Below, piece by piece: positions 28,120 through 41,687 of a stretch of DNA of 64,000 nucleotides. Numbering within the stretch: the stretch's first letter is position 1; every line of letters begins with the position of its first letter. Made by a program: the position numbers and the translations under genes. The notes below the pieces were generated by a model, which saw only the letters and a list, made by a program, of their open reading frames with translations, was not told the origin of the DNA and searched no databases. This stretch comes from Octopus vulgaris (lineage: Eukaryota): contig OX597819.1 in the NCBI GenBank assembly GCA_951406725.2, positions 20,212,001 through 20,276,000 on the forward strand, read 5' to 3'.

Positions 28120-28339
28120 ATAATCTTTGTACTTGTGATATTTTTCTGTTTTTACCTCCATACCTTCGTGAGTTATTTTGAGTAAACATTATCTGAGACA
28201 AATTTTCTTTAAGTAGTGGAAATGGCTAAAAAACTTTTTTGGCTGCTATTTCTAGAAAGTTCAGTATGTGGCAAAGTAATTTATTTTACTAAGCCCTAAT
28301 TATATAATATATATATATATATATATGTATGTATATATA

Positions 28340-28522
28340 TATAGCACGTTGAATGAAATGCTTAACGGTATTTCGTCCGTCGCTACGTTCTGAATTCAAA
28401 ATGTCGACTTTGCCTTTCATCCTTTCGGGGTCGAAAAAATTAAGTAACAGTGAAACACTGGGGTCGAATGTCATCGACTTTCTCCCTACCCCAAATTTCA
28501 GGCTTTGTGCCTATGATAAAAA
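28340..28522 (+). mobile_element. SINE family B, 5'-eroded
   Basis: CGGTATTTCGTCCGTCGCTACGTTCTGAATTCAAA..GTCGACTTTGCCTTTCATCCTTTCGGGGTCG. Confidence 0.8.
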
Positions 28523-28527
28523 GAACC

Positions 28528-28577
28528 ATTATTATTACTATTGTTATTATTAGTGTCATTATCATCATCATCGTCAT

Positions 28578-28646
<69 letters not shown>

Positions 28647-28735
28647 CACCACCACCACCACCACCACCATCACTACTACTACTACTACTACTACTACTAT
28701 TACTACTACTACTAGTACTACTGCTGCTACTACTC
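28528..28735. repeat. (TTA)/(TCA)/(CTA)/(CCA) compound microsatellite
   Basis: Seen directly. Confidence 0.95.
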
Positions 28736-29845
28736 TTATTGATGTTTGGAACATCATGTGGAAAGCGAGCATTGGAAATATGATTCCCATAAAAGATGAG
28801 AAGAAAATGAAAAAGACTGCGAAATGCGAAGAAATCATACGTTGGACACAAGGTATTTAATAAGCTGCTACAGTCCTCCTGTTCCAGGACAAATTCTAAC
28901 CAAACAAATAATCCAAGGATCTATGATGACCCTGAGAACCAAATGCAAGAGAACTCGCTGAACGGCTGTCCTGGAAGCTTCCTACAAATCCTTCGTGTAG
29001 GACCGTTCACGCTAGCCAAATTTGCGACAATCACCCATACAGGGAAATATGTAGCGAAACTAAAAGACTGAAGCACAGACAATAATATGTCAGTAATTTT
29101 TCCCTTGGCATGTGTTACCCGGAAATTTCGTATTTCCGAAACGATATGGAAATAGAAATCTAAGGATTTACGCATCTGTTACATAGTGTTTATCAAGTCT
29201 TACACGAACGCACGACTTCGAACGCGTGTCGTTACCTGCGTTATCATCGCCATTGTCATCATCATCATGATCATCATTATCAAGCACTTATTCCTGAAGA
29301 TCATCTCATCATCACAATTATAAAAATATATTTTCCTCTCCGTAACTTATCATAAAACAATATCAGTAAGTACCATAAGTCGTCTGTTTGTTGAGCAACG
29401 TGGCTGTTTACAAGTGCGAGGTTTGTATAAATAACTGAAACTGTGCGTCACCGTGCACGAGGATGCGTGTACTGGTTGAAAACATGCGTGTTGAAGAAAT
29501 AGATTTGTATTACTAACATGATTATAGGGTTTCATCATCAACATCATCATCATCATTAGCATTATTATTATCATTATTATTGTTATTAACATCGTTATTA
29601 TTATTACTATTGTTATTATTATTATTAGTAGTAGTAGTATTACTACTTTATCGATTATTGGTATTTTTGGTATATGAATGTTTTAGGAAGAGCTCACACC
29701 TAAGACTTCATAGCTGTTATAATTTGTGAAACAATTATTGTGTATTTCACGTAAAATTTTCCACAACCTTGTTAGTCACGCGTTGAGAGAACACGGACAC
29801 CCACATACGAAGATGCGCACAAACATGTGTGTATGCTTTTATATG

Positions 29846-29890
<45 letters not shown>

Positions 29891-31033
29891 AGATAGATAG
29901 AAAGAAAGAGATATACACATATATATATATGCATATATATGTATGTATGCACATGGGTGTGTGTGTGTATATATGCATGTATATATATATATATATATAT
30001 ACATATATATATAGAGAGATACATACATACATACATACATACATACATACATACATACACCAGACACAGTCACCTATGTGCGTACGTATTTATAGAGCAA
30101 AGTTGCTGCATGAGAAAATAAATTTTATATTACAAGCAGAAATAGCAAGTAGGGAAGTCGATTTGATGATATTAATAGATAATGTAAAATATAGCGATTG
30201 CCTCAAAGCGAATCGTAAGTTCCTGGCTAATGAAAAACTAGACCCACGTTCAATGTCTCGCTTGAAGTTATGTACATTAATGACTTATGCACAACTTCTA
30301 CATCGATGTAGAACCTTTATACACACTGGCGTTAACTACATTCGCTCTACATACAAGTTTTACACAACGGTATTTCAAAGCAACTGCTATACAATTTAGA
30401 TTGGGAAAATGTTGTGCCGATAGGGAATAGAACCATCTAAATTGCTGTGATATTTTTTTTTTTTTTTGGTTTTTATTATTAATTGATGTTCTCTTTCTGG
30501 GTGCTCATACATATAACATTAATAAATCTACACTGCAAATACTCTGACCCCGCACACAGCACAAACACCCAGTGCCCCTCGTGTTGCATTTCAACTGCAA
30601 CCGAGTATGGATCTATCATTGAGTTAGAATACAATAATTATTGTGCTCTTCAAAAACAATCATAATAGAAGGATCACCACGCAATTACCTTTTAACTTAT
30701 ACTTGTTTCAGCTTGTGATGTGCGTCCACGCTGGGGCATTGCCCTCAAGGGTTCTAGTCGAATAAATCGCCCCCAGTTCTTCTTCTTATATCCCATTCGG
30801 TGTGTTGACGCCTCTGTAAGGTTGCGGTTCGGCAAAATTCACCGATAAAAAAAAGTAACACCCTTAAAAATTGTAGTCGGGTGGATTCATTAGAATTGAG
30901 AAGGGTACTCGAAGAAATCTGCACCCGGTATATATTGCATTCAGAGGAGATAACTCCTACCCTTCTTCCATATAAATATATATATATATATGCACGCGCG
31001 CGCACATTCACACACACACTGACATAATATCTA

Positions 31034-31230
31034 AGGCAGCCGAGAAGAATGCTTACAGCATTTTATCCGTCCTAAGATTATGAGTTCAAATTCACCGATC
31101 CCGATTTAGCCATTCAGCATTTCGGATTGGATGAAATACGTACCAGTCATGCACTAGGGTTGATTTAATCGATTACCCCTTCCCTCCTCAACTCTAAAAT
31201 TTCAAGTCATGTGACTTAGATAGAAAGGTA
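31034..31230 (+). mobile_element. SINE family B, old degenerate copy
   Basis: TGAGTTCAAATTC..TTTAGCCATTCAGCATTTCGG..GTACCAGTCATGCACTAGGGTTGAT is colinear with family B. Confidence 0.55.
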
Positions 31231-31765
31231 TATTTCAAATAATTGAACGCTAACACGCTCTGCAAAACGAGTAAAATTCTATCCGAAATTAAATTATGCC
31301 AGTTTTATTCCTGCATAGTGAAACCGAAATAATTCAAGTTGTGCACTGACTTTGATATAATCTATTCACGCAGCCTCTAAACTTATAAGCATTGTTCCTA
31401 TAGCAGAAAGCAATATTTCAATGAAATGAGGGTAGCGAGCCTGTAGAATCGCTTGTGAGTCCCCGAATAAGCTTCGAAGTATGGCTTCTGACTTCGCGTG
31501 CTGGATTCAAATGCTGTCGCGGTTGATTTGCTGTATCAACCTCTTGGATAAAATAAGAAACACTGAAGCATTTTTGTAGAGGTCATCGACATGAGACGAT
31601 CCAAGATATGCCTGGCCTTGTGCCAAAATAGGAAACAAATGCTTCAAGTGGAAGCTTTAAAACACATTCCATGAGAAAATTTAGAATTGCAAATTCACTT
31701 GGAATGGATACCAACACTCGCACTCTCACACATATAAATATATGCATATTCATACATAAGCACAT

Positions 31766-31822
<57 letters not shown>

Positions 31823-31871
31823 TATATAAGCATAAAACATATACATATATATATATACATATATATATACA

Positions 31872-31917
<46 letters not shown>

Positions 31918-32355
31918 CAATATTGTTATTTCAAGTCTTTCCGAATGTTCAGTAGGTTTTAGAGGATAAATTTCCATTTTCCAAAATGGTTGACGTCAAT
32001 ATGATTCTGTGCAGCGAGAATTTCCGAACGGAATATCAACTTTTCTATAAATGAAATAATTGAATCCTTCAAGGCAAAAGAAATGAAGAGGTGAAAACTG
32101 TCCCCGGGAGAGATTCACTGTCATTTTATTGTGTTCCAAACAGACAACGATATAGATACCATTATATTTCTATATTTGCTAATAAATCTTCAACTTTCAT
32201 TTTAATTAGCGCTTAACAAAGACGATATTATCCTTTTTATTTATGCACATATCATCCCCCATCTCTCTGTCTCTCTCGCTCTGTCTATGTACATATACAT
32301 ATGTACGTATGTATATATATATATATATATATATATTTATAAGTACATATATATG

Positions 32356-32426
<71 letters not shown>

Positions 32427-32573
32427 ATGCTTGTTTGTCTCTGGTTTGTTTGTATTGTTATTCATGTTCAATTTGATAATAAACACGTTATTTTCAGTAA
32501 TGTTTACTGTTATCCGATGTTTAATCATGACAAATGTCTGGAAATATTTTTTAATGTGCGATATATGTGTGTT

Positions 32574-32619
<46 letters not shown>

Positions 32620-32743
32620 TACATTATACATATACGGATACATATACGGATATATTTCAGTGTGTACATAAGCGCAAAGTATATTCTATATATGTTTCAT
32701 ACATAAGTATATATGTGTGTGTGTAAGTGTTTATGTGTGTTTA

Positions 32744-32808
<65 letters not shown>

Positions 32809-32842
32809 ACGTATATGCATATATATCTGCATATATATCAAT

Positions 32843-32884
<42 letters not shown>

Positions 32885-33431
32885 GCATAAGTAGATTATA
32901 CGTATACACATTCACATAGCGCAAATTTTAAAAAATCTATGTGTATCTATATATAGATATCTTTGGCCATATATATATGTGTATATGTGTTGATATGCGT
33001 GTACGTATGTGTGCAATTATGCATCTATATATTTATGTATCAGTTTGTTCAAGCTCACTTACACAGACACACACACGCGCTCATATACACGCAATATAGG
33101 CCATAAATATCGGTCTCAAAATATTTGCTATAATCTATGCGGGGAGCGAATATGAACCCTGTTCTACTTAAGGTCAAAACAGAAGCGCAACTTCAAGACA
33201 TCATTTGACAATTTTATAGCATCTAATGATATATCTGGCGGATTATCTCTAAATTATTGGTCTATTACCATAGTAAAATTGAGAGTAAAAATACCATAAT
33301 TTTGAAAATAATGGTGATTATGACTTGCCACTTATATTTTTCTTGCGGCTCTCTATATTTGGAATCTGTACACGTACATACTCACACATTGACGGACATA
33401 CATCCCTCTCTCCCTCGTTCTCTCGCTGCGC

Positions 33432-33550
33432 ATATATATATATATAGAGAGAGAGAGAAAGAGAGAGAGAGAAGTAGGGAGTTAGATATAGATATATAGA
33501 TTTACATACGCATATATATGCATACATCTGTATATGCGTGTATATATATG

Positions 33551-33592
<42 letters not shown>

Positions 33593-34291
33593 GTGTATGT
33601 GTCTACATGTATATGTATGTATATATGTATTTGTATAGGCATGTGTAACGAAAGAAAGAATGAGAGACAGAAGAATCATAAATATGTATAACAAAAGTTT
33701 GTCCACAGGCAGAGTTAGGATCTCTGTATAAGACATATCCTAAATACCTTTTTCGGCAACGGCTGCGAGTTTATCAATCACTCATTGGTAATACTAAAAT
33801 GTTTATCGACATGTAATGCATTTATCAGTGAATTTGTAAAAGGTATATGCAACAAAAAAGACATATGACTATCTGGTTGTTTATATATTATTTGGTCATA
33901 TATCAGACATTGCTATCAGATACTGCAAGAACTTGGCCTTCAAAAGCCTTCAAAAGCCCACGGCTCTTCAGTATCCTCCCACAAAATCTGAGATCCATCC
34001 ATTGTGTTGACGTCGGCGTTTTCAAAAGAAAATTAGCTCTAATTCTCTCAAGAGTTCCGGATGAATCTACTTCTAGGCAAGAAACACAGATGAGGGCAGC
34101 AACGTCAAACCCCTTCGTCTACCAAATGTCACATATCAGAAAAGGTTTACTGAACGTTTATCAAAAGAAAATGCCGCAATCCCAGCATGGCCGCAATCCT
34201 TTGACTGAAGCTAAAAGACAAAAAAAGAGAGGGACAGAGAGAGGAGGAGAGACTGAAAAATCTACTAGATTTCATCGGTCCATCATGGCGA

Positions 34292-34326
<35 letters not shown>

Positions 34327-34400
34327 AAAGTAGGGAGTTAGATATAGATATATAGATTTACATACGCATATATATGTATACATCTGTATATGCGTGTATA

Positions 34401-34492
<92 letters not shown>

Positions 34493-34653
34493 TACATGTA
34501 TATGTATGTATATATGTACGTGTATAGGCATGTGTAATGAAAGAGAGAATGAGAGACAGTAGGACGTATAGACAAAGAATCATAAATATGTATAACAAAA
34601 GTTTGTCCATAGGCAGAGTTAGGATCTCTGTATAAGACATATCCTATATACCT
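33432..34653 (+). repeat. Direct duplication of about 320-360 bp (33432-33749 and 34291-34653)
   Basis: Both copies carry AAGTAGGGAGTTAGATATAGATATATAGATTTACATACGC and AAGAATCATAAATATGTATAACAAAAGTTTGTCCA..GGCAGAGTTAGGATCTCTGTATAAGACATATCCT. Confidence 0.9.
33900..34230 (+). mobile_element. 3' end of a CR1/L2-group LINE
   Basis: AFKSPRLFSILPQNLRSIHCVDVGVFKRKLALILSRVPDES..MRAATSNPFVYQM resembles CR1-type ORF2 C-termini. It is followed by a 3' UTR CCCAGCATGGCCGCAATCCTTTGACTGAAGC. Confidence 0.75.
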
Positions 34654-34658
34654 ATATA

Positions 34659-35046
34659 GGCGCAGGAGTGCCTGTGTGGTAAGTAGCTTGCTTACCAACC
34701 ACATGGTTTCGGGTTCAGTCCCACTGCGTGGCATCTTGGGCAAGTGTCTTCTGCTATAGCCCCGGGCCGACCATTGCCTTGTGAGTGGATTTGGTAGACG
34801 GAAACTGAAAGAAGCCTATCGTATGTATGTGTATATATATATATGTGTGTGTTTGTGTGTCTGTGTTTGTCCCCCTAGCATTGCTTGACAACCGATGCTG
34901 GTGTGTTTACGTCCCCGTCACCTAGCGGTTCGGCAGAAGAGCCCGATAGAACAAATACTGGACTTACAAAGAATAAGTCCCGGGGTCGATTTGCTGTGCT
35001 CCAGCATGGCCGCAGTAAATGACTGAAACAAGTAAAAGAGTAAAGA

Positions 35047-35047
<1 letters not shown>
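34659..35047 (+). mobile_element. SINE family A, full length
   Basis: GGCGCAGGAGTGCCTGTGTGGTAAG..CGGGTTCAGTCCC head and ..CTCCAGCATGGCCGCAGTAAATGACTGAAACAAGTAAAAGAG tail. Confidence 0.9.
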
Positions 35048-35083
<36 letters not shown>

Positions 35084-35768
35084 TGTTTCTTTATAAATGT
35101 AAATGTGTGTGTTTACACGTGTGTACGAGTGTGTCTGTGTGTATATACATAGAAAGAGAGGGAGAGAGAGAAGGAGAGGTAGAACACGGAAACCTAAGAG
35201 ACGTGCATGAATATTTATATGTATATAAACACAAATGATGTTGTATTAAATTTGGCCATCAATTTATATTTGAAAACGAAGACGTCTTGCCTGAGGCGAT
35301 TCCGAAGAAATGATCAAGAGTTTGACAAAATTTAGATTAAATTTGTTTTGTTTCAACAATAAAAACGTATCAAACAGAAGCGGAAATCATTGAATATAAA
35401 TTTTCTTTATAGCAGAGTCGTACGAGAAATCATTATTGGATCAATATATTTCCCCTAAATTCAACTGAAAATATTACTATGTAGGTAGTAATTGCTATTG
35501 TTTGCACAGAGCTGTAATACTTTTCGAAATCCTGAGTTTATCCTTCTGAAAGCTGACAGAACTGATGATGTACCATCAACAGGTAATGGCCTCTAAATTG
35601 ATAATTGAAATAAATGAGGAGACAGTCAACGGGATCTTAAGATGTTTACCACTGCTCCTAAAACTCATATTTCCTACGACGATTCACAATTACAAGCAAT
35701 ACACAAACGTGTGTATACTCATGTATAAACATTTACAGACATTCACACACTCACTCATATATACATAT

Positions 35769-35921
35769 AGAAGAAATTTACAGAAAAACAAAAGACGTAG
35801 ACAGGTGTATAAGCAACAAGCAGCTGTATTAGTTTGACGCTCGGGAAGGTGAGAAAGTCTGTTACGTTTCGGGCCTATGCTCTTCAACAGAAAGGAACAC
35901 GGGGAAAAAGAAAACCGCGTG
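35769..35921 (-). mobile_element. Family H copy
   Basis: Minus strand CCTTT-CTGTTGA-A-GAGCATAGGCCC-GAAACGTA, colinear with 9099-9269. Confidence 0.7.
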
Positions 35922-36859
35922 TTCTTAGAGGTCAATAAGAGCTAATTTCCATTGTTGTGCACATATTTTGTGCTTGATCCAGATCCATATGTCTGGCTAC
36001 ATACATTTTACAAATAATATACAGAAGTATTCCTGCAGTAGGTTTTCCAATGATAAGTGCATGCATCCTTAAAATCATTATAGGAGCATATTAGAAATAG
36101 TGTTTGCAGCTTTTTATATAGCTCTTGCATATATAATCATGCATACATAATTAGTTATATTTTTTTCTGTCGTTGTTGTTATTTTTGTCTGATAAATGTT
36201 ATTTAATACCACCGACTGGATTCTGGCTAATAACCTTCCAGAATTATTGAAGTAAAATAATAATAAAGCCAAATAATAGCATTACAGCGATCATGGGACG
36301 CATATCAATAGAGAAGTAGACTTGTAGATAGATAAGCGCCTGAAAATACTGCATCAGGTTTGTGTTTCGTTGATTTGTTTAATGAGACATTCCATCAATA
36401 GGAATCGTTCTGGATTTTATAAGAACGCTGGTTGTGGCGTTTCAGGCCTCTGGTTCAAAGGAGACCGAGCCTTACTTCCCCCATGACCGATAATTGGTAG
36501 TTTAATGTTTTACCTCTCCTGTGCTAGATTATTAACATGAAACCGTGCGTTGACATTAATTGGCAGTTATGACACTAAAATTCTATAGACAGAAGAGATA
36601 TTCCAAAACACTCGCAATTACCTAGTTAATGAGTCTTTGAATTTTTTGGTGACAACTGAAAAGTTTTTGTTCAATAGTGAACGTATAATATAGAAAATAA
36701 AATTTTTAATATAAAGACCATATGTGTTATTAACAAATATATGTGTGTGTGTGTCTGTGTGTCTGTGTGTTCGTGTGTGCATGTGTGTATGTGTATCCAA
36801 TTACGTATATTTGTGTTTGAATGTATGTATGAGAGAGAGAGAGATATATGTAAATATAA

Positions 36860-37089
36860 GGCGGCGAGCGGGCAGAAACGTTAGCACGTCGGACGAAATG
36901 CGCAGCCGTATTTCGTCTGCTGTTACGTTTTGAGTTCAAATTCCGCCGAGGTCGACTTTGCATTTCATCCTTTCGGGGTCGATAAATTAAGTAACCAGTT
37001 ACGCACTGGGGTCGATATAATCAACTTAATTCCTTTCTCTCTCCTTCTTTGTCCCCTCTGTGTTTAGCCCCTTGTGGGTAGTAAAGAAA
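36860..37089 (+). mobile_element. SINE family B, full length
   Basis: GGCGGCGAGCGGGCAGAAACGTTAGCA..GAGTTCAAATTCC head. Flanked by a direct repeat ATATGTAAATAT. Confidence 0.9.
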
Positions 37090-37320
37090 CAGAGATATGT
37101 AAATATGTAGGTATGCACATCTATGTCTACAAATACGCATATGAATTCTTATTTATGGGTGAATGTGTGTTTACGTAGATGCGTAAGAATGGCTGTTTCT
37201 TTATACGTATAATGTTTACATATTTGTGAAATTTATTGCAACGGTAAACTTGGATGAAGTGAATATATCGTGGTATTATGGGTTAGCATATTACCATTTA
37301 TAAAGACAAATGCATGTATA

Positions 37321-37467
37321 TAGCGGTTCGGCAAAAGAGACCGATAGAATAAGTACTGGGCTTACAAAGAATAAGTCCCGGGGTTGATTTGCTCGACTAA
37401 AGGCGGTGCTCCAGCATGGCCGCAGTCAATGACTGAAACAAGTAAAAGAGTAAAAGAGAAAAAGAGT
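37321..37467 (+). mobile_element. SINE family A, 3' fragment
   Basis: TAGCGGTTCGGCAAAAGAGACCGATAG..GGCGGTGCTCCAGCATGGCCGCAGTC..GTAAAAGAG. Confidence 0.9.
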
Positions 37468-37831
37468 ATATATGTATGATTATTCAGATAAAAGTAGGTA
37501 TGTAAATATAAATATGCATAAGGATACACACACACTCACACACACAAACATACACACATATAAGCTCACACAGGCGCGTGCGCGCGAAGAAATGCGTATA
37601 AATATATGAAAACGATAAAAAATATTTTACAATCTGTGAGGAATGAATCGTCGTGATATGGAATGCAGATAAGAGACATGTCTGCTTAATATTGATCGCT
37701 GTCTATCAGAATGTTCAATCGAAGAATATCCTTACATTAGTGCCGAAACGCATGTGATTTAAAAACCACATGCTTCTGTTTCTTTTTATGTGATAAAAAT
37801 ATCCTATATGGCCAGTCAAATGACTGTAGAA

Positions 37832-37885
<54 letters not shown>

Positions 37886-37915
37886 GTATGTATATATATA
37901 TATGATCATACGAAC

Positions 37916-37964
<49 letters not shown>

Positions 37965-38049
37965 GTTTCTAAATTTTTTACGTTTTTTGTATCGTCTTCT
38001 AAATGTTTTACGTTCTTGTCCCAGTTTGTATTTTTCTACATATAATATA

Positions 38050-38911
38050 TATAGCGACGCCCGTACCCTCTTTGGTCTTGTATGTAAGTACATATTCCTT
38101 TAAATTTGGTACGACTCTATGACACGTTCTCTCACTCCTACATTTCTCTGCCTTTCACACTTTGCACTCTACTTTGATCTGTCTCTTTCTCTCTCTCGCG
38201 CTCTCTCTCTCGCGCTCTCCCTCTCTAATTCTCCTCCTCCTTTTCTCTTTTCTTGCCTCTGATTCTTTGGTCTACTCTTCCCCCACTCTCTCATATTTCT
38301 CTGTCTTTCTCACTTTGCACCTCACTGATTCTGTCGCCAACCCAATCCTTGGCACGCTCTCTTTCTTCTCCCCTCTTTAATTCCTTATTTCTCTCTCTCC
38401 TCCCTCCTCCCCCCTTTGGTGCCTTCGTCCCTCTTTTTTCTCTCCCTCTTTGATTCCTTTGCCCCGTTTTTTTTCTCGCACGTGACCGCTGGTCAACCAG
38501 CCTTTCGGCTTCTAACCAGCGCCACGAGAACATCGTTCTCTTCGTCTGCCGAAAAAGGCATTTTTTTTTCCAAATACGCCAGCTAAACTAAGCTGTACTG
38601 TCTTAGTCTTAAGACACCCGCTGTTTTTGTCCTGTTATTACTGTTATTGTTTTTTGTATTTATATTTGTGTGGTATCGTCCGTTTTTCTGTCCTTGTTTC
38701 GTATACATTCGATCCTTTTTCCAAGAAATCTAATGCTCGTAGCTTAGTTTTTCCTTGGGGCTGGCCGGATCGGAGCGATCTCAAGTTTAGTCACCGAAAT
38801 TGCGAGTATGATCCGGTTCTTGACTGAAGATTGAAGGCCTCGAATGTCCCGTCCGTGTTTTTTGTATCGTCTTTTAAATGTTTTACGTTCTTGTCCCAGT
38901 TTGTATTTTTC

Positions 38912-38915
<4 letters not shown>
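38050..38915. mobile_element. Solo-LTR-like element (about 866 bp) in (TA)n
   Basis: Termini TATAG (close to TGTAG) ... CTACA. GC/CpG-rich non-coding interior. Its last ~60 bp are also present immediately upstream (about 37981-38040). Confidence 0.5.
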
Positions 38916-38958
<43 letters not shown>

Positions 38959-38965
38959 CTTATGG

Positions 38966-39009
<44 letters not shown>

Positions 39010-39799
39010 CCATACGAACACATATATTTATACGGGTGTATTCATATTTTCTGTCTTGGTGGGAATGAAGATTATTTGAAAATATTTGAGAACTTTACTG
39101 GAATATTTCTCGAGGATTTTAAAAATTTTATTTTATACGCTTTTCGACACATAAAACAATATTGAACAAGCTCCAATTTAATACTGTGCTTTTTACCAGC
39201 GCTTCTACAAGTCTGGTTTATGAAAGTCATTCCTTATGTGACAAAAAAAAATTACGTAATTTTTCAGTGGAAGGGCATGCGTGGCGGTCAGTTACTCAAT
39301 AAATGAAAATGCATTAAACACTGCAAAGCGTACACGTAAGATATACACAGAAGGGCCGTAATACTTAATCAGTTATCGACCAAAAATACTAATACTTAGT
39401 TTCGTGCCTTTCACGATAAAACCGTTAACTTCGTATATCGGCGTCACCTGCAAGATTTGCGTAGAATTTAGGGCTCGAACAAGGTAAACAAATATGATAT
39501 GAAACAATAGATGAAGACGATAAATAAAGCCTTTCGGCGAAACACAGCAGTGATGGATAACGTCTTGAAGAAATTCTCTAATAGATGTAAAAATAAGAGT
39601 ATTAACAATTTAGGAGAAAACTTGACCGACACGCTTGGTGTCCGGTGGCAAAAACTCAGAGATAGGAAGATTAGTGACGAGCCATGAGTGAGCAGTATAA
39701 GATGAAGAATTACGCACCTGCTCTGTCTATCCGTTTTGTTGTTTTTGATGCATATTTCATTAATATATATATGTGTATATGAAACTTGTGAGGACCACT

Positions 39800-40760
39800 A
39801 AATGTACGCGCGGTAAGTTACTTCAGGATCTGAGACACAGCACCAGGCTTATAAGAGTTACCACAGTCTTGCTTACAGGAGACTTTAGACAAATTCTTCC
39901 CGTGGTTCCAAAGGGATCAAGAGCTGATGAGGAGAATGCCAGTATAATATCGTCCCACCTGTGCAGCAGTGCACAAAAGCTAAAACAACCAACATAAGCG
40001 TGCAGCTCAGTGGTCATAATGCAGATAGAACCTTTTCAAAGCAATTGTTAGACGTTGGTAATGGCACTTCGGTTGGCAAGAAGGAATGCCTGATAAGCTT
40101 GACTTTTGGACATATGGCATCTGAGGAATCAGTTTACAGACCACAACTGGCTGACAACTCGTGTCATTTTAGTTCCAAAGAATGTGGCAGTTAATGATTT
40201 GAACTTTACACTTCTGGAAGAGTTGCCAGGTGAGCGTCACATCTACAATTCCATAGACACTCTACTCAACACCGATGAAGCTGTGAATTATTCTGTTGAA
40301 TTCTTGAATAGTCTATCACCGCCCGGCATCCCACATCACAACTTCCACTTTAAGATTGAGGTAGCAGTTACTCTGCTTCGAAGCCTCGATCCACCGAAGC
40401 TTTGCAATGACACACGACTTAGAAAAAGAAGACGATGCCAACAGTTTTCGAGACAAAATGTTTGACTACTAAAGCAAGCTGTGAGCTTAAATTCATTGCT
40501 AGAATTCCACTTATTCCCTCGGATATGTCTTTCCAGTAGAAGAGCCCGCTATTCCGGTTGAAACCGAGCTTTGCAAAGAGCATTAACAAGACCAAGGAAC
40601 AGTCCTTGAATGTGTTAGGTCTGAACCTTGTGGGGCCAGTTTTCTGCCATTGTCAACATTTTGTGGGATCCTGAAATGTCGGCAATCCAAATCATTTGCT
40701 TTTTTTCCCCCACAAGGAAAGAACAAAAATGTCGTTTACGAAGAAGCTCTGCAAACTGAA
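39800..40760 (+). mobile_element. Helitron PIF1-type helicase pseudogene
   Basis: VLLTGDFRQILPVVPKGSRADE; FSKQLLDVGNG; RVILVPKNVAVNDLN; YSVEFLNSLSPPGIPHH; LLRSLDPPKLCNDTRL; RIPLIPSD; SFAKSINK; KNVVYEEAL. Contains frameshifts and stops. Confidence 0.92.
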
Positions 40761-41394
40761 TAGGATTCACCAAATGATCAGGTATTTATTTTTTAACTGT
40801 AATATTTGTAAGTGTTGTAAACGTTTCGATAATCTCCATGTTATTTTATTTTAAAATCTACATACAAATATATTTGTATGTCTACTGTAACACTAAATGT
40901 CAATCTGCTTCTACATTGATTGTAAATCTATTTCAACTTTCACGCCACTAAGGGTTATCTTCTCTGGAAACGCACAAAAGCTGTTTTCAGAGTTATTTAC
41001 TATGAATTGTTATTATCTCATATCCCATTAGCCTGTTATTACGTAACATGTTTCTCAATTTTGTTATACATACCTTATTGGTATTTCTTCCCAAGATCTA
41101 TATACACTGGGAACGCATCAAAGCCATTTTCGGGGCTACTGTATTTGAATTCTGACCATCGGGTAACTAATTGAACGTTATTACAATTTGGATATTTATA
41201 AATTATTGGGAATTCTTAAAAAAAATGATCCTGTGTAAGACATTTCGGCATACTCTGTAAGTGCACATAAACCGTTTTAAGCGCTGCATACTTTGTATCC
41301 TTGTTATTGGATTAGCGAAAAAATTATGAGAACGGAACCAAGGAATAAAACCCTCTTTTCCCGGAATTACAGGTTACGTCAGCTAATATTCATA

Positions 41395-41632
41395 TATTCT
41401 TTTATTCTATTTCTTGTTTTAGTCATTTGACTGCGGCTATGTTGGAGCACAACCTTTAGTCGAACAAATCGACCCCAGGACCTGTTCTTTGTAAGCCTAG
41501 TACTTATTTTATTGGCTTCATATTGCCGAAACGCTAAGTTACGCGGACGTAAACACACCAACATCGGTTACCAAGTGATGGTGCATGAACAAAGACACAA
41601 ATATACACGCACTCACACACACAGACACACAA

Positions 41633-41645
<13 letters not shown>
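41395..41645 (-). mobile_element. SINE family A, 3' half
   Basis: AGTCATTTGACTGCGGCTATGTTGGAGCAC..TGCCGAAACGCTAAGTTAC..CACCAACATCGGTT. Confidence 0.85.

Positions 41646-41687
<42 letters not shown>

Larger units (their letters stand above)
27604..28308. mobile_element. Fold-back element in (TA)n with a hammerhead in each arm, probable Penelope-like terminal remnant
   Basis: Tail 27604-27696. Arms 27697-27965 and 28041-28308 are about 268 bp and near-perfect. Spacer 75 bp. Confidence 0.85.

Noticed and set aside
35500-36600. Several minus-strand AG/GT pairs tested as the next phase-2 exon
   Set aside because: Every frame tested hit a stop codon shortly after the acceptor.
37705-37765. AATCGAAGA..GCCGAAACGCATGTGATT hammerhead-like remnant
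   Set aside because: The core lacks U4 and stem II does not pair. Too degenerate to call.
39800-40760. Host PIF1 helicase gene
   Set aside because: Intronless with many frameshifts and stops, and Helitron-type motifs. It is a transposon relic.
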